Of a stretch of 64,000 nt of DNA, positions 50,321 to 60,518 are shown one piece after another; within the stretch, counting starts at the first letter, position 1, and each line of letters opens with the position of its first letter. Below the pieces are notes generated by a model, which ran no database searches, was not told where the DNA came from, and was given only the letters and a program-made list of their open reading frames with translations. The stretch is from an uncultured Gemmataceae bacterium. GTDB taxonomy: Bacteria > Planctomycetota > Planctomycetia > Gemmatales > Gemmataceae. A program made the translations under genes and the position numbers. Location: assembly GCA_963750165.1 (NCBI GenBank), contig CAVVPN010000003.1, forward strand, positions 1,056,001 through 1,120,000, written 5' to 3'.

Positions 50321-52173
50321 TCAGTCCGGAGCGAACTGGGCGCGGTACGCCGCGGCGGCCGCGGCGGCCAGCGCCGCACCCGGGCGCGCTTGTCCAGCAC
50401 AAAATCCTCCAGCACCAGGGCGTCCATGTCCGTGCCCTGGAAGCAGCGCAGCGCGTCCATCGGCGTGCAGACGATTGGCTCGCCGCGCACGTTGAAACTC
50501 GTGTTCACCAGCATCGGACAGCCCGTCAAGTGGTGGAACGCCTCCAGCAGCCCGTGGAAGCGCGGATGGCGCCCAGCGTCCACGGTCTGCAACCGGGCCG
50601 TGTAATCGACGTGCGTCACTGCCGGCACTTCCGAGCGCGGCAGCCGCAGCCGGTCGCGCAGGTCGGGGGCGGCGTCCAGGACCTGGCGCTGCTCCGCCGT
50701 CAGCGGCAGCCGCCGGTCGGCGCGCAGCGGCGCCACCAACAGCATGTACGGGCTCTCCTCCCCCGGGCCAACCTCGAACCAGTCCGCGGCGTGCTCGCAC
50801 AGGACGGCCGGGGCGAACGGGCGAAAACTTTCGCGGAACTTGATTTTCAGGTTCAGCACGGACTGCATCCGCGCCGAACGCGGGTCGCCGAGGATGCTGC
50901 GCGCCCCCAGCGCCCGTGGGCCGAACTCCATGCGGCCCTGGAACCAGCCGACCACCTGGCCGTCGGCCAACCGGCCGGCCGTTTCGCGCAGCAGTTCCGC
51001 CTCCGGCAGCCGGCGGTAAGGGACGCCGCGCTCCTGCAGCACGGCCTCCACCTCCGCGGCGGCAAAGCACGGTCCCAGCAGGCTGCCTTGCTGAGCGTCG
51101 CGGTCGTCGGGCGTGCGCGGCCGGCCGAGCAGCTGGTGCCAGACGAACAGGGCGGCCCCCAGGGCGCCGCCAGCGTCCCCGGCCGCCGGTTGAATCCACA
51201 GCCGCTCGAACGGGCCGCCGCGCAGCAGCCGGGCGTTCGCCACGCAGTTCAGGGCCACGCCGCCGGCCAGGACCAGGTCGGTCAACCCCGTCGCGCGGTG
51301 GACGTGGCCGCCCATGCGCAGCAGCACCTCCTCGGTCACCGCCTGGACGCTCGCCGCCAGGTCCATGTGCCGCTGCTCCAGCACCGCCTCCGGCCGCCGC
51401 GGTGGGCCGCCGAACAGGCGGTGGAAGCGGCGGCCGGTCATGGTCAGCCCCTGGCAGTAGTTGAAGTAGCGCAGGTCCAGCCGGAAACTGCCGTCCGCCT
51501 TGAGGTCGAGCAGGTGCCGCAGGATCGCGTCGCGGTAGATGGGGCGGCCAAACGGCGCCAGGCCCATTAACTTGTACTCGCCGCTGTTGACCTTGAACCC
51601 ACAGTAGTAGGTGAAGGCCGAGTACAGCAGTCCCAGCGAGTGCGGGAAGAGCATCTGGCCGGACAGGCGAATGCGGTTGCCCTCGCCGGTCCCCCAGGTG
51701 GCCGTGGCCCACTCGCCGACGCCGTCCAGCGTGAGAATGGCGGCACGCTCGAACGGGCTGGGGAAGAACGCGCTGGCGGCATGGCTCTCGTGGTGGTCCA
51801 GGAACAGCAGCGGCGAGCCGCGGCGGCGCGGCAGGTGCCGGCCGAGGGTGCGCCGCAGGTACAGCTTGTCCTTGAGCCAGAGGGGCATTGCCAGGCAAAA
51901 ACTGCGGAAGCCGCGCGGCGCGAAGGCCAGGTACGTCTCCAGCAGCCGCTCGAACTTGCGCAGCGGCTTCTCGTAGAAGGCGACGTATTGCACCTGCTCC
52001 GGTTGCAGTCCGCCTGCGCGGAGGCAGTAGGCGACGGCGTGGGCGGGGAAGGCGGCGTCGTGCTTGCGGCGCGTGAAGCGCTCCTCCTGGGCGGCGGCGA
52101 CGACCCGGCCGTCGATCACCAGCGCGGCGGCACTGTCGTGATAAAAAGCGGAAATGCCCAGGATCGCAGTCAA
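50321..52173 (-). CDS. Carbamoyltransferase (CmcH/NodU family); frameshift near 50385
   Basis: ILGISAFYHDSAA, EERFTR.KH, HHESHAASAF, GEYKLMGLAP, GGVALNC, EFGPRALG, FRPFAP and NTSFN; the likely true end ...FAPD lies in another frame. Confidence 0.93.
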
Positions 52174-52210
52174 GGAGCCTCCCGAATCGCAGGGCGCTGT
52201 CCGGCGGTTG

Positions 52211-54409
52211 CTATTTCCGCCCGTCGGCGCCCTTCCGCAGTTTGGCGAGGCGGTCGTGCGCTTCCGGATACTCCGGCCGCAGCCGCAGCGCCGCCTCGTA
52301 CTGTTCGCGGGCGGCGGTCGGGTCGCCCTGCTTGAGCGCCAGATCGCCCAGGCGCAGATGGGCCGGCGCGTGGTTGGGGTCCAGCTTCAGGGCCTCCTGG
52401 AAGCGCGCCCGCGCTTCCTTCGGCTTGCCGTGGCGGTCCAGGAAGACGCCCAGGCCGACCAGCGCCCCCGCCCGATCCGGCTCCTTCTCCACCTCGCGCT
52501 CGAACAGGGCGCAGGCCTCGTCAATCTTGCCGTCGGCGGCGAGCGCCCGGGCCAGGCCGTAGGTCGCTTCCGAACAGTCCGGGGACAGCTGCAGGGCCTG
52601 GCGATACTGGTCCAGAGCCGCGCTGGTCCGCCCCGTCTTCAACGCGATGTCGCCGAGCTTGCAGTGCGCGGCGAAGCTGTGGCGGAGCGACTTCAGGACC
52701 GCCTCGAACTGCTCCTCCGCCGCCCACAGGTCGCCGGAAGTGGTCAGCAGTTGGCCGTAATTCATCCGCAGCATCCAGTCGTTCTCGGCGGTCTGCACCG
52801 CCTTCTCCGCCCGGGTCAGCGCCTGCTTCAGGCCGCCTTTTTGCAGGCCCGTCTGCAGCGCGTTCACCCGGGCCTTCCAGCGCGCGTTGCGCTCGGCGTG
52901 GTCGAGCTGGTCGGCGAACGGCGACTTCTCGAACATCTTCTGAATGTAGCTCTTGGTGTTGAACTCCGCCCACTCCGTGTAGCCGAGCAGTTCGGCGCAC
53001 GCCGGCTCGAGGGGCGGCATGTCCGCGGCCGGCGACCCAGGGGCCCTGGGCGCCAATCTCATCAGAGTCTGAAAGACCGTCCGGGCCAGCAGGTAGTTGC
53101 CGTGAAAGTTCATGTGGACGTGTTCCAGAAAACATTCCTCCCCCGGGACGCCGGTCGGGCTGTCCTCGGCGAAGGCGCGCTCCGCGTCGGCCAGGTGCGT
53201 CCCATCGACGGCGCCGGCGACCGCGCGGATCGCTGCGTTGATGTCGGCGTCGGAGCGGAAGCGCAGGGCGTCGAGATCGCGCGCCTGCGCGAAGTGCCCG
53301 GCGGCCTCGGCGGGCTTGCCCAGGGCCGCGGCGCAGCGACCGCGCCGGAACGCCAGCTCGGCGAACTGGTCGTCCACCCCGGCCGCCTCTTCGTAATGGC
53401 GGGCCGCCTCGGCGAACTGCTTTTGCCCTTCGAGGCGCACCCCTTCCTTGTAGCGCTTCTCCCAGGCGTCGAGTCGCTCGGGCGCCAGCCCGAGGGCGTG
53501 CAGCGAGGCGAAGGGGGGGCAGTCCTGCAGATTCACCGGGACCGTGCAGACGATCACCGGGACGCCGGCGTCGGCGCCAGCGCGGCAGATGTCCTCCAGG
53601 TTTTCCCGGAACTGGGCGTGGATCGACACGAGCCGGCTGTCCCCGGCGGGCACGTGGCTGTTGCGGAACATCGCCATGCCCTCCCAGGCGCGCGGGCTCT
53701 TGCCGGCCGGCCGGAGCCACTGCACGAGCCGGTCGAGCAGTTGCCCGGTGCGCGTCGTCCTGGCGGCGAGGTGGGCGTGGATGACGCCACGGCTGGGCGA
53801 GTAAGGCCCGAGCACTCCCGCGGCGCCGAACGGGCCAACGACCTCGTTATTGCCCAGGTGGACGACGATCAGGTCCGGGTCGCGCTGCACGCACTGCCGG
53901 GCGATCGGCAGCACGACATGGGAATTGATCGCCACCATCGCGGTATTGATGACCTCGATGCGCTTCTCCGGGTAGGCGGCGCGGAGCATGACCTCGAGCA
54001 CCCGCGCGAAGCTGAACGAGGGGTCCGGGAAGCCCATGGCCGCCGACTCGCCCAGAACGAAGACGCGGTAGGTGTTCGCGGGCTTGACGGCCGCGAAGGC
54101 GAAGGGGATCGGCTGCGGCGGGCGCTCCAGCGACCCGGGGAACACCCAGCGGCCGAAGTCGGGGTTGTCCACACACATTCCCGGGCCTTCGGTGCGCGTG
54201 CCGTCCAGGAAGAAGTCCGTGGGGTGACCGAAGCCGGCGATGCGCAGCGACAGCTCCAGCACGCCGAGCAGCAGAGCCGGCACAAGGGTCATGGCCGCGA
54301 GCCGGTACGCCCACTTGCGCCAGCCGGTGGGCTTGCCGCGGAGGCGGGCGGCGGGTTTCGCTGGCGGGGCGGGGCTCGGGTTGGCCGCGTCGTTCTTCGG
54401 ATCGGACAT
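52211..54409 (-). CDS. Membrane-anchored SGNH-hydrolase-like plus TPR protein
   Basis: TM helix, RVFVLGESAA.G, HLGNNE, FLEHVH and C-terminal TPRs. Confidence 0.82.
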   Translation of the reverse strand: MSDPKNDAANPSPAPPAKPAARLRGKPTGWRKWAYRLAAMTLVPALLLGVLELSLRIAGFGHPTDFFLDGTRTEGPGMCVDNPDFGRWVFPGSLERPPQPIPFAFAAVKPANTYRVFVLGESAAMGFPDPSFSFARVLEVMLRAAYPEKRIEVINTAMVAINSHVVLPIARQCVQRDPDLIVVHLGNNEVVGPFGAAGVLGPYSPSRGVIHAHLAARTTRTGQLLDRLVQWLRPAGKSPRAWEGMAMFRNSHVPAGDSRLVSIHAQFRENLEDICRAGADAGVPVIVCTVPVNLQDCPPFASLHALGLAPERLDAWEKRYKEGVRLEGQKQFAEAARHYEEAAGVDDQFAELAFRRGRCAAALGKPAEAAGHFAQARDLDALRFRSDADINAAIRAVAGAVDGTHLADAERAFAEDSPTGVPGEECFLEHVHMNFHGNYLLARTVFQTLMRLAPRAPGSPAADMPPLEPACAELLGYTEWAEFNTKSYIQKMFEKSPFADQLDHAERNARWKARVNALQTGLQKGGLKQALTRAEKAVQTAENDWMLRMNYGQLLTTSGDLWAAEEQFEAVLKSLRHSFAAHCKLGDIALKTGRTSAALDQYRQALQLSPDCSEATYGLARALAADGKIDEACALFEREVEKEPDRAGALVGLGVFLDRHGKPKEARARFQEALKLDPNHAPAHLRLGDLALKQGDPTAAREQYEAALRLRPEYPEAHDRLAKLRKGADGRK

Positions 54410-54557
54410 GGGTCACTCCGTGGAGCACCGCCCACGCCGGGGCGAGCGGTTGTGCCGCGGGCGGCTGCGACTGTTACGAGGAGAGGACGGGTGCGAACTC
54501 GAAAGCGCGAGCTGGCAGGTTGGATTATAGAGCGGCCGGCCGGCGCCGCCCAGCAAA

Positions 54558-54698
54558 AAGGCTGGTGGCCGTGCCTCTGGAATTTGGCGAGCGGCGCGGC
54601 GTCAGCCCGCCGGTACTACGGAGCACCGGCGGGCTGACGCCGCGCCGCTCGCCAACAAATGCCAAAATCCAGCGGCACACCCAAGGCTGGTGGCCGTG
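54558..54698. mobile_element. MITE-like palindromic element flanked by 16-bp direct repeats
   Basis: aaggctggtggccgtg at 54558-54573 and 54683-54698; imperfect outer inverted repeat (gtgcctctggaattt/aaatccagcggcac); inner ~30-bp hairpin. Confidence 0.6.
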
Positions 54699-54710
54699 TT
54701 GATGTGACGA

Positions 54711-54746
54711 AGCCCTCTGGGATCCACGAAGGATTCCAGAGGGCTT
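54711..54746 (-). terminator. Hairpin downstream of the 54763-55569 gene
   Basis: agccctctgg ... ccagagggct stem. Confidence 0.45.
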
Positions 54747-54762
54747 TCTGACTGCCGCCGGG

Positions 54763-55569
54763 TCAGACCACCTCGCGCGACTTCAACCGCTCCTGGATCT
54801 GGCGCAGGCGTGAGCGGGCGAAGAGCACGTTCGGCCACTCCAGCACCTCCGCGTGCGGGCCGCCGGTGGTGATGATCAGGTCGCCCGCCCCCCACCACCC
54901 CAGGACGCGGTGCCGCAGGAACACGTTCGGTTGCACCTGGAACGTCATGTTCGTCACGTCGTAGACCTTATCCGCCTGGCCGATCTGGTTGCGGATGCGC
55001 ACCTGGCCCGACGTGAACGTCACATAGGTGAGCCGGTCGAACACGAACACGCTCAGCGCCCAGACGACGAACAGCGTCACCGACAGGAACAGGTAGCCGC
55101 CCAGGTTGATGTAAATGTGCAGCGCTCGGAACCAGCCGCCGAACGCGCCCCACAGGTGGAGAAGCGAGACGACCATCACCACCAGCGCGATCGCCAGCAT
55201 GGCAATCCACGCCCACAGGCCGCGCGTCTGGACCGTGCTGCTCAACATCACGACCACCAGCGTCAGCAGGAAGATGGTGCCCAGGTACGGATTGACTGCC
55301 ACCCGATCGTGTGTCAGCCCCAGTTCCCTGCCCTCCGGGGCGACCAGTCGGTTGCCCTCCACGACAGTCCCGGGCGGCACGTGGGCCAGGTAGTGCCCGT
55401 CCTGATACGTTGTCAGGGCGAGGATGAAACCGACCAGCCAGATCGGCCACCAGTACAGCAACGGCGAGTGGCTGTAGATGGTGATGTCCGGCTGTGAATG
55501 TTCCGTCAGCACCACTTTTTCCGGGATTGGGACCGGGGTCAGTGGTTGGGTATTCATGTCCGTGGCCAT
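54763..55569 (-). CDS. Hypothetical membrane protein with C-terminal PH-like domain
   Basis: YSHSPLLYWWPIW, about 4 TM helices, then DRLTYV.F..GQ.R and G.GDLII.T; RBS ggag. Confidence 0.7.
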   Translation of the reverse strand: MATDMNTQPLTPVPIPEKVVLTEHSQPDITIYSHSPLLYWWPIWLVGFILALTTYQDGHYLAHVPPGTVVEGNRLVAPEGRELGLTHDRVAVNPYLGTIFLLTLVVVMLSSTVQTRGLWAWIAMLAIALVVMVVSLLHLWGAFGGWFRALHIYINLGGYLFLSVTLFVVWALSVFVFDRLTYVTFTSGQVRIRNQIGQADKVYDVTNMTFQVQPNVFLRHRVLGWWGAGDLIITTGGPHAEVLEWPNVLFARSRLRQIQERLKSREVV

Positions 55570-55744
55570 GGCACGTCTCCGTGGAGAGGAGCGTTGGTTC
55601 GGGTCGCGCTGCCACCAGCAGGTGGGAAGCAAGAAGAGTGCCAGAGCCTGAAATACCTGGGAAATGCCGGAAATCACGCGGCGACGAGCCGTCATTCCTG
55701 GCCCGTTTCCGCACAGCGACGGACCACTTCCGCACGCCAATGGC

Positions 55745-56517
55745 TCACACCCGGCCGCCGCCGTCCACGACCAGCACCTGCCCCGTCACATAGGCCGCCG
55801 CGGCCGACGCCAGGTACAGCACCGCCCCGACGACATCCTCCGGCTGACCGTGCCGTCGCAGCGGCGTCCGCTCCATCAGCCGCTCATACCCCGCCCTGTC
55901 CTCGAACAGCGCCGCCGCGAACTTCGTCTCGACCAGCCCCGGAGCCACGGCGTTGACGCGCACGCCCTGCGGCCCCAGTTCCTTCGCCAGCGCCCGCATC
56001 AGCCCCAGCAGCGCCGCCTTGCTGACGCTGTACGCACCCAGGCCCGGCAGCGGCTCCAGGCCGGCGATGGACGCGATGAACACCAGCGCACCCTCGCGGC
56101 CGCGCGCGAGCATCCGCCGCGCCGCGTGCTGCGCCGTCAGCAGCGCCCCCGTCACGTTCACGTCCAGAATCTTCTGCCAGGCGGCCGCCTCCACGTCCAG
56201 CAGCGGCCCGAACACCGGGTTGGTCGCGGCGTTGACCACCACCACGTCCGCCTGAAACCCTGCGGCGTCCAGTCGATCGAACAGCGCCGCCACCGCCGCC
56301 GGGTCGCCCTGGTGCGCCGCCACCGGCAGAACCTGGGCGCCGTCCTGGCGCAGCGATTCTGCTGCCGCGGCCAGGCCGTCCGGCTTGCGGCCAGTGATCG
56401 CCAGCGCGGCCCCGCGCCGCGCAGCCCCCGCGCCACCGCCAGGCCAATGCCGCGGCTCGCCCCGGTCACGAGCGCTTGCCGGTTCGTCAGGTCGAAGGGG
56501 TCCTCAGTCGCGGCCAT
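55745..56517 (-). CDS. SDR family oxidoreductase (DHRS4-like); frameshift near 56420
   Basis: ALVTGASRGIG, NAATNP.FGP, YSVSK, VNAVAPG.VET and TGQVLVVDGG. Confidence 0.9.
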
Positions 56518-56612
56518 GTCGGCTCCCTCCCAGAAGCGCGGTTCCACGGAAAACGGATCCAGGGTAAAATTGGGTCGCGGCTGGCGTTCGCTCACCCCCT
56601 TACAGAATCCTC

Positions 56613-57389
56613 ATGCGCACCCTCATTCTTTCCGACATCCACCTGGGAAACAAGCACTGTCAGGCGGAGTTGTTGCTCGCCGTGCTGGACCGCGAGCCGT
56701 TCGACCGCCTCATCCTCAACGGCGACACGCTGCACAGCCTGAACCTGAACCGGCTCCGCCCCGCACACTGGACGCTGCTGACGCGCTTCCGCGACATCGG
56801 CCGCACGCGCGACCTGGTGCTGATCCGCGGCAACCACGATCACGCCTGGCGCTTCGCGCGCATCTCCAGGCGCCGGGCCGTGGCCGAGCCGGCGCTGGTG
56901 GCGGTCGGCGGCGGCCCTGCCAACGGAGCGGTCGAGCCGGCCGCGGCGCCGGCGGCGTTCGGCCCGCTGGACGTGCTGCCGGCGCTGCTGGATGTGCCGT
57001 TGCGCGAGGAGTACCGCCTGGAGGTCGGCGGCCGCGAGTACCTGGTGACGCACGGCGATCAGTTCGATCCCGCGCTGGCGTCCGAGTTGCCGCGCCATGT
57101 CGCCGGCTGGTGCTATCAGCTGACGCGGAAGATGAACAGGAAGCTGGCCAAATGGCTGAAAAAGCGCTCCGCCCGCTGGGGCGGCCAGCTGCAGCACATC
57201 CGCCGGCAGGCGGTGGACTTCGCCCGGCAGCGCGGCTGCGGCGGTGTGCTCCTCGGCCACACCCATCACGCCGACGACGTGAACATCGACGGCGTTCACT
57301 ACGTCAACACCGGCTGCTGGACCGAATCGCCCTGCGCCTTCGTGACTGTCACGCACGACGCCCTGCAGTTGCACCAGCTGCCCGAGTAA
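56613..57389 (+). CDS. Metallophosphoesterase, UDP-2,3-diacylglucosamine diphosphatase-like
   Basis: SDIHLG, LNGD, GNHD, THGDQFD, GHTH and NTGCW. Confidence 0.85.
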   Translation: MRTLILSDIHLGNKHCQAELLLAVLDREPFDRLILNGDTLHSLNLNRLRPAHWTLLTRFRDIGRTRDLVLIRGNHDHAWRFARISRRRAVAEPALVAVGGGPANGAVEPAAAPAAFGPLDVLPALLDVPLREEYRLEVGGREYLVTHGDQFDPALASELPRHVAGWCYQLTRKMNRKLAKWLKKRSARWGGQLQHIRRQAVDFARQRGCGGVLLGHTHHADDVNIDGVHYVNTGCWTESPCAFVTVTHDALQLHQLPE

Positions 57390-57470
57390 AGCTCCCGGTT
57401 TGGATTGATCGGTTCACGTGGGCCGCGCGAACTGATCAATCGGGAAGGGGTTGTTCGGTAACGCCTGGCG

Positions 57471-60181
57471 TCACGGCGGCAGTCGCCACACCTGCACCTG
57501 GCCGTCCCAGCCGCCCGAGACCGCGAAGCTGCCGTCCGGCGCAAAGGCGACGGTGTTGGTGATGCCCGTCATCCGCTGCCGCCACAGCTCCTGCCCCGTG
57601 TTCAGGTTCCACAGGATGATGTCCCAGCCGAAGCCCGCCGTCAGCAGGCGTTGGCCGTCCGGCGACACCGCCACGCTCAGGGTGCCGTTGCTCTTCACGC
57701 CGTTGCTGTCGCGCACATCGAACTGCTGGTGCCGTGGCTGGCCGGTGCGCACGTTCCACAAGCGGACCACATGTTCCGGCGCCGGCGGATCGCCCTTGTT
57801 CCACTTCTCCGGCGGCGCCAGCTTGGCCGCCCCGGTCAGCGCCAGGTCGCTGTTCGGCACCGCGGCCACCGTGAAAATCTCGCCCTCGTGGGCCTTGTGG
57901 ATCGTCGGCTCCGGCTGCAAGGTCTGCGCGTTCCAGACGCGCAGGCTGCCGTCAAAACAGCCGCCCAGAATGTGCCGGCCGTCCCCGCTGTACGTCACGC
58001 TGCTGATCTGGTCGCCGAACTGGCCGTCGGCCTTGTGGACCCACAGGTGGTCCGGCTTCGGGTTGGCGCCCTCCGTCTTCCAGACAAACACCGCGCCGGC
58101 CACGCCGAGCGGCCGATTCCACTCCAGAATCTCGCCCTTCTGGCCATCCCGGGGGATGTGCTTCATGTTCTGGAAGCCGATGCCGCTCACGAAGCGCGTG
58201 CCGTTCGGGCTGAAGGCGACGCTGGTGACACCGCTGGGGTGAGCGTACGTGCGCACCAACCGATACTGACCGGGCCGCACGTCCCAGAGCCGCACGGTGC
58301 GATCCAGGCTGGCCGACAGGGCGAAGTTGCCGTCTGGTGAGAACGCCACCGCCGTTACTGGTTGCGTGTGGCCGTCGGCCCCCTGGGCACAGAACAGCTC
58401 TTGACCGGTCTGCCGGTTCCACAGCCGCACCGTCTTGTCGTAACTGCCCGAGAGCACCTTGTTGCCGTCGGGCGAGACGGCCACGCTGAGGACGCCGCCG
58501 TTATGGCCGAAGAAGGTCTGGTCCAGAGCGGCCTGGGGCACCACGGCGTTCGGCTGGTTCCACATCGGGGGCTGGAAATTGACGGGGTGGTTCCTGGGAC
58601 GGTCCAGGGCGCCGATGACGCGCAGGCCGATCAGCACCAGGACGATGATGCCGGTGATGACGCCCCCAACCTTACCTGCCGCCTTGCCCTTGCCGCCGGG
58701 CAGCGGCCGGCGGATGGGGTCCTCGTACAGCGGTCGCGGCCGCGGCATCGGCGGCTGCCAGCGGCGCACCACACCGTCGGCGCCGGCGGCCAGCAGCCAG
58801 CGGCCGTCCGGCGTGTAGGCCACGGCCGGCACCGAGCCGCCGCCGCCGCTGAACGAGGTCAGCAGCCGGCGGTTGGCCACGTCCCAGACATGCACCGCGT
58901 CGTCCTCGGCGCCCGCGGCCACGGTGCGGCCGTCCGGCGCGAAGGCAACACAGCGCAGCACCTCGCTGTGCTGGTGGCGGTCCACCTCCAGCTGGGCGAT
59001 CTCGCGGCCGGTGGCGGCGTTCCACAATTTCACGGTGCCGTCGCGGCTGGCGGTCGCCAGCAGTTTGCCGTCGCGCGAAAAGGCGACGCCGGTGATGGCT
59101 TCATGATGGCCGGTCAGCGTCGCCCAGGCGCGGCCGCGCGACAGGTCCCAGAGTTTGGCGGTGCGGTCCTCGCCGGCGGTCGCCGCGGCCAGGCCGCTGG
59201 GGCTGACGGCCACGGCCAGCAGTTCATCATGGTGGCCGTCCAGTGGAGCCAGTTCGCGGCCGTCGTCCACCTGCCAGAGCCGGGCGGTGCCGTCGCGGCC
59301 GCCGACCAGCAGCGTCTTGCCGTTGGGCGCGAACGCCAGGCGCGCGGCCAGTTGCGGTCGCCCGGCAGCAGGCCGCGGCCCTGACCGCGCTGCACGTCCC
59401 ACAGCTGGACGCTGCCATCGGCGCTGGCGGACGCCAGCAACCGGCCATCGGGCGCGAACGCCACGGCGACCACGCGGTCCTTGCACGCCAGCGAAAAGCG
59501 CGCGGTGCCGCCGGCGTTCCAGAGGATGACGGTGCGGTCGGCGCCGCCGCTGGCGATCAGCTGGCCGTCGGGTGAGCAGGCCAGGCAGGTCACCTCGCTC
59601 TGGTGGCCGCGCAGGAAGACGGTCGGGTCACCGTCGGCGTGCGGGACGGGCAGCGGCACGGCGTGGGGGGTCGGGACGGGCACGGACACCGACCCGGGCG
59701 GGGGCGGGGCGGGCTCGCCGAGGTCGAGGCTGAGCTGCGGCAGACCGGCCATGTCCTCCACGGGCCGCGGCGGCACGGCAGGTGAGGGCGGTGCGACGGG
59801 GCGTGGGGCGACAGGACGCGGCACCGGTTTGGGTGGCTCGGGCCGGCCCTCGGCGGCGGGCGGTGTCATCTGTGGCAGGTCGCGCACGGCCAGCGCCCAG
59901 GTTTCGACGGCCCAGCGGCCGGCGTCCTCGTCCACGCCCACGTCGGCGACGACCCGGCGGACGAGTTTGTCAAGCAACTCGGCGTCGCGGCGTTCGGGCG
60001 GCGCGGTGAGGATAGCCTGCGGCACATGCCGCTCCAGCGCCCCCAGCAGCGCGAACATCCCGAAGCCGTGCTCGCCAATGGCCAGCCACAGCATACCTTC
60101 CAGGCGTGCCCGGTCCTCAAGCAGACCGGGCCCGTGCTCGCGGACCAGGCCGAGCAGCTTGCCACGCAGCACCTCGTTCAT
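57471..60181 (-). CDS. WD40-repeat protein: N-terminal helical domain, Pro-rich linker, WD40 propeller, TM helix, second WD40 propeller; frameshift near 59340
   Basis: Many GH..V..VAFSPDG..A....D.TV.LWD repeats; central hydrophobic segment GGVITGIIVLVLIGL. Confidence 0.85.
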
Positions 60182-60406
60182 AGGCGGTGTCTCCTGGACG
60201 ACGCCGGCCGGCGTCGCGGGTTGCGGGTCCCTGTGCGGATTATACTCGATGCGCCGCCGCCAGGGCAGCCACCAGCGCCTTTCCGATTTTCGGATCGTTT
60301 CGGTTGATATTGGTTGACCGCATGGGCCGTTGCACGGATAATCCCAACCGCCGTTGGTTGTCGCGCCGTGCCAGTCGCACAGAGCCAGGGTGCCGAATCT
60401 CGACGT

Positions 60407-60450
60407 GTGAAAAAGTTGGCGTTCTTGGCGTCCTTGGCGTTCTTGCTGTG
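60407..60450 (-). repeat. 44-bp 9-periodic motif, copy 2
   Basis: Minus strand reads cacagcaag-aac-gccaag-gac-gccaag-aac-gccaactttttcac. Confidence 0.75.
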
Positions 60451-60518
60451 GCATTGCAGGCCGCTGGAGGTCAGGCCGTGCCCGCCCCCACGCGTGCGCA
60501 AACCGTGCGTGAACCGCT

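Noticed and set aside
49668..52173. Saxitoxin biosynthesis
   Set aside because: Only sxtI/J/K-like genes are present; they are widespread, and sxtA, sxtG and other core genes are absent here.
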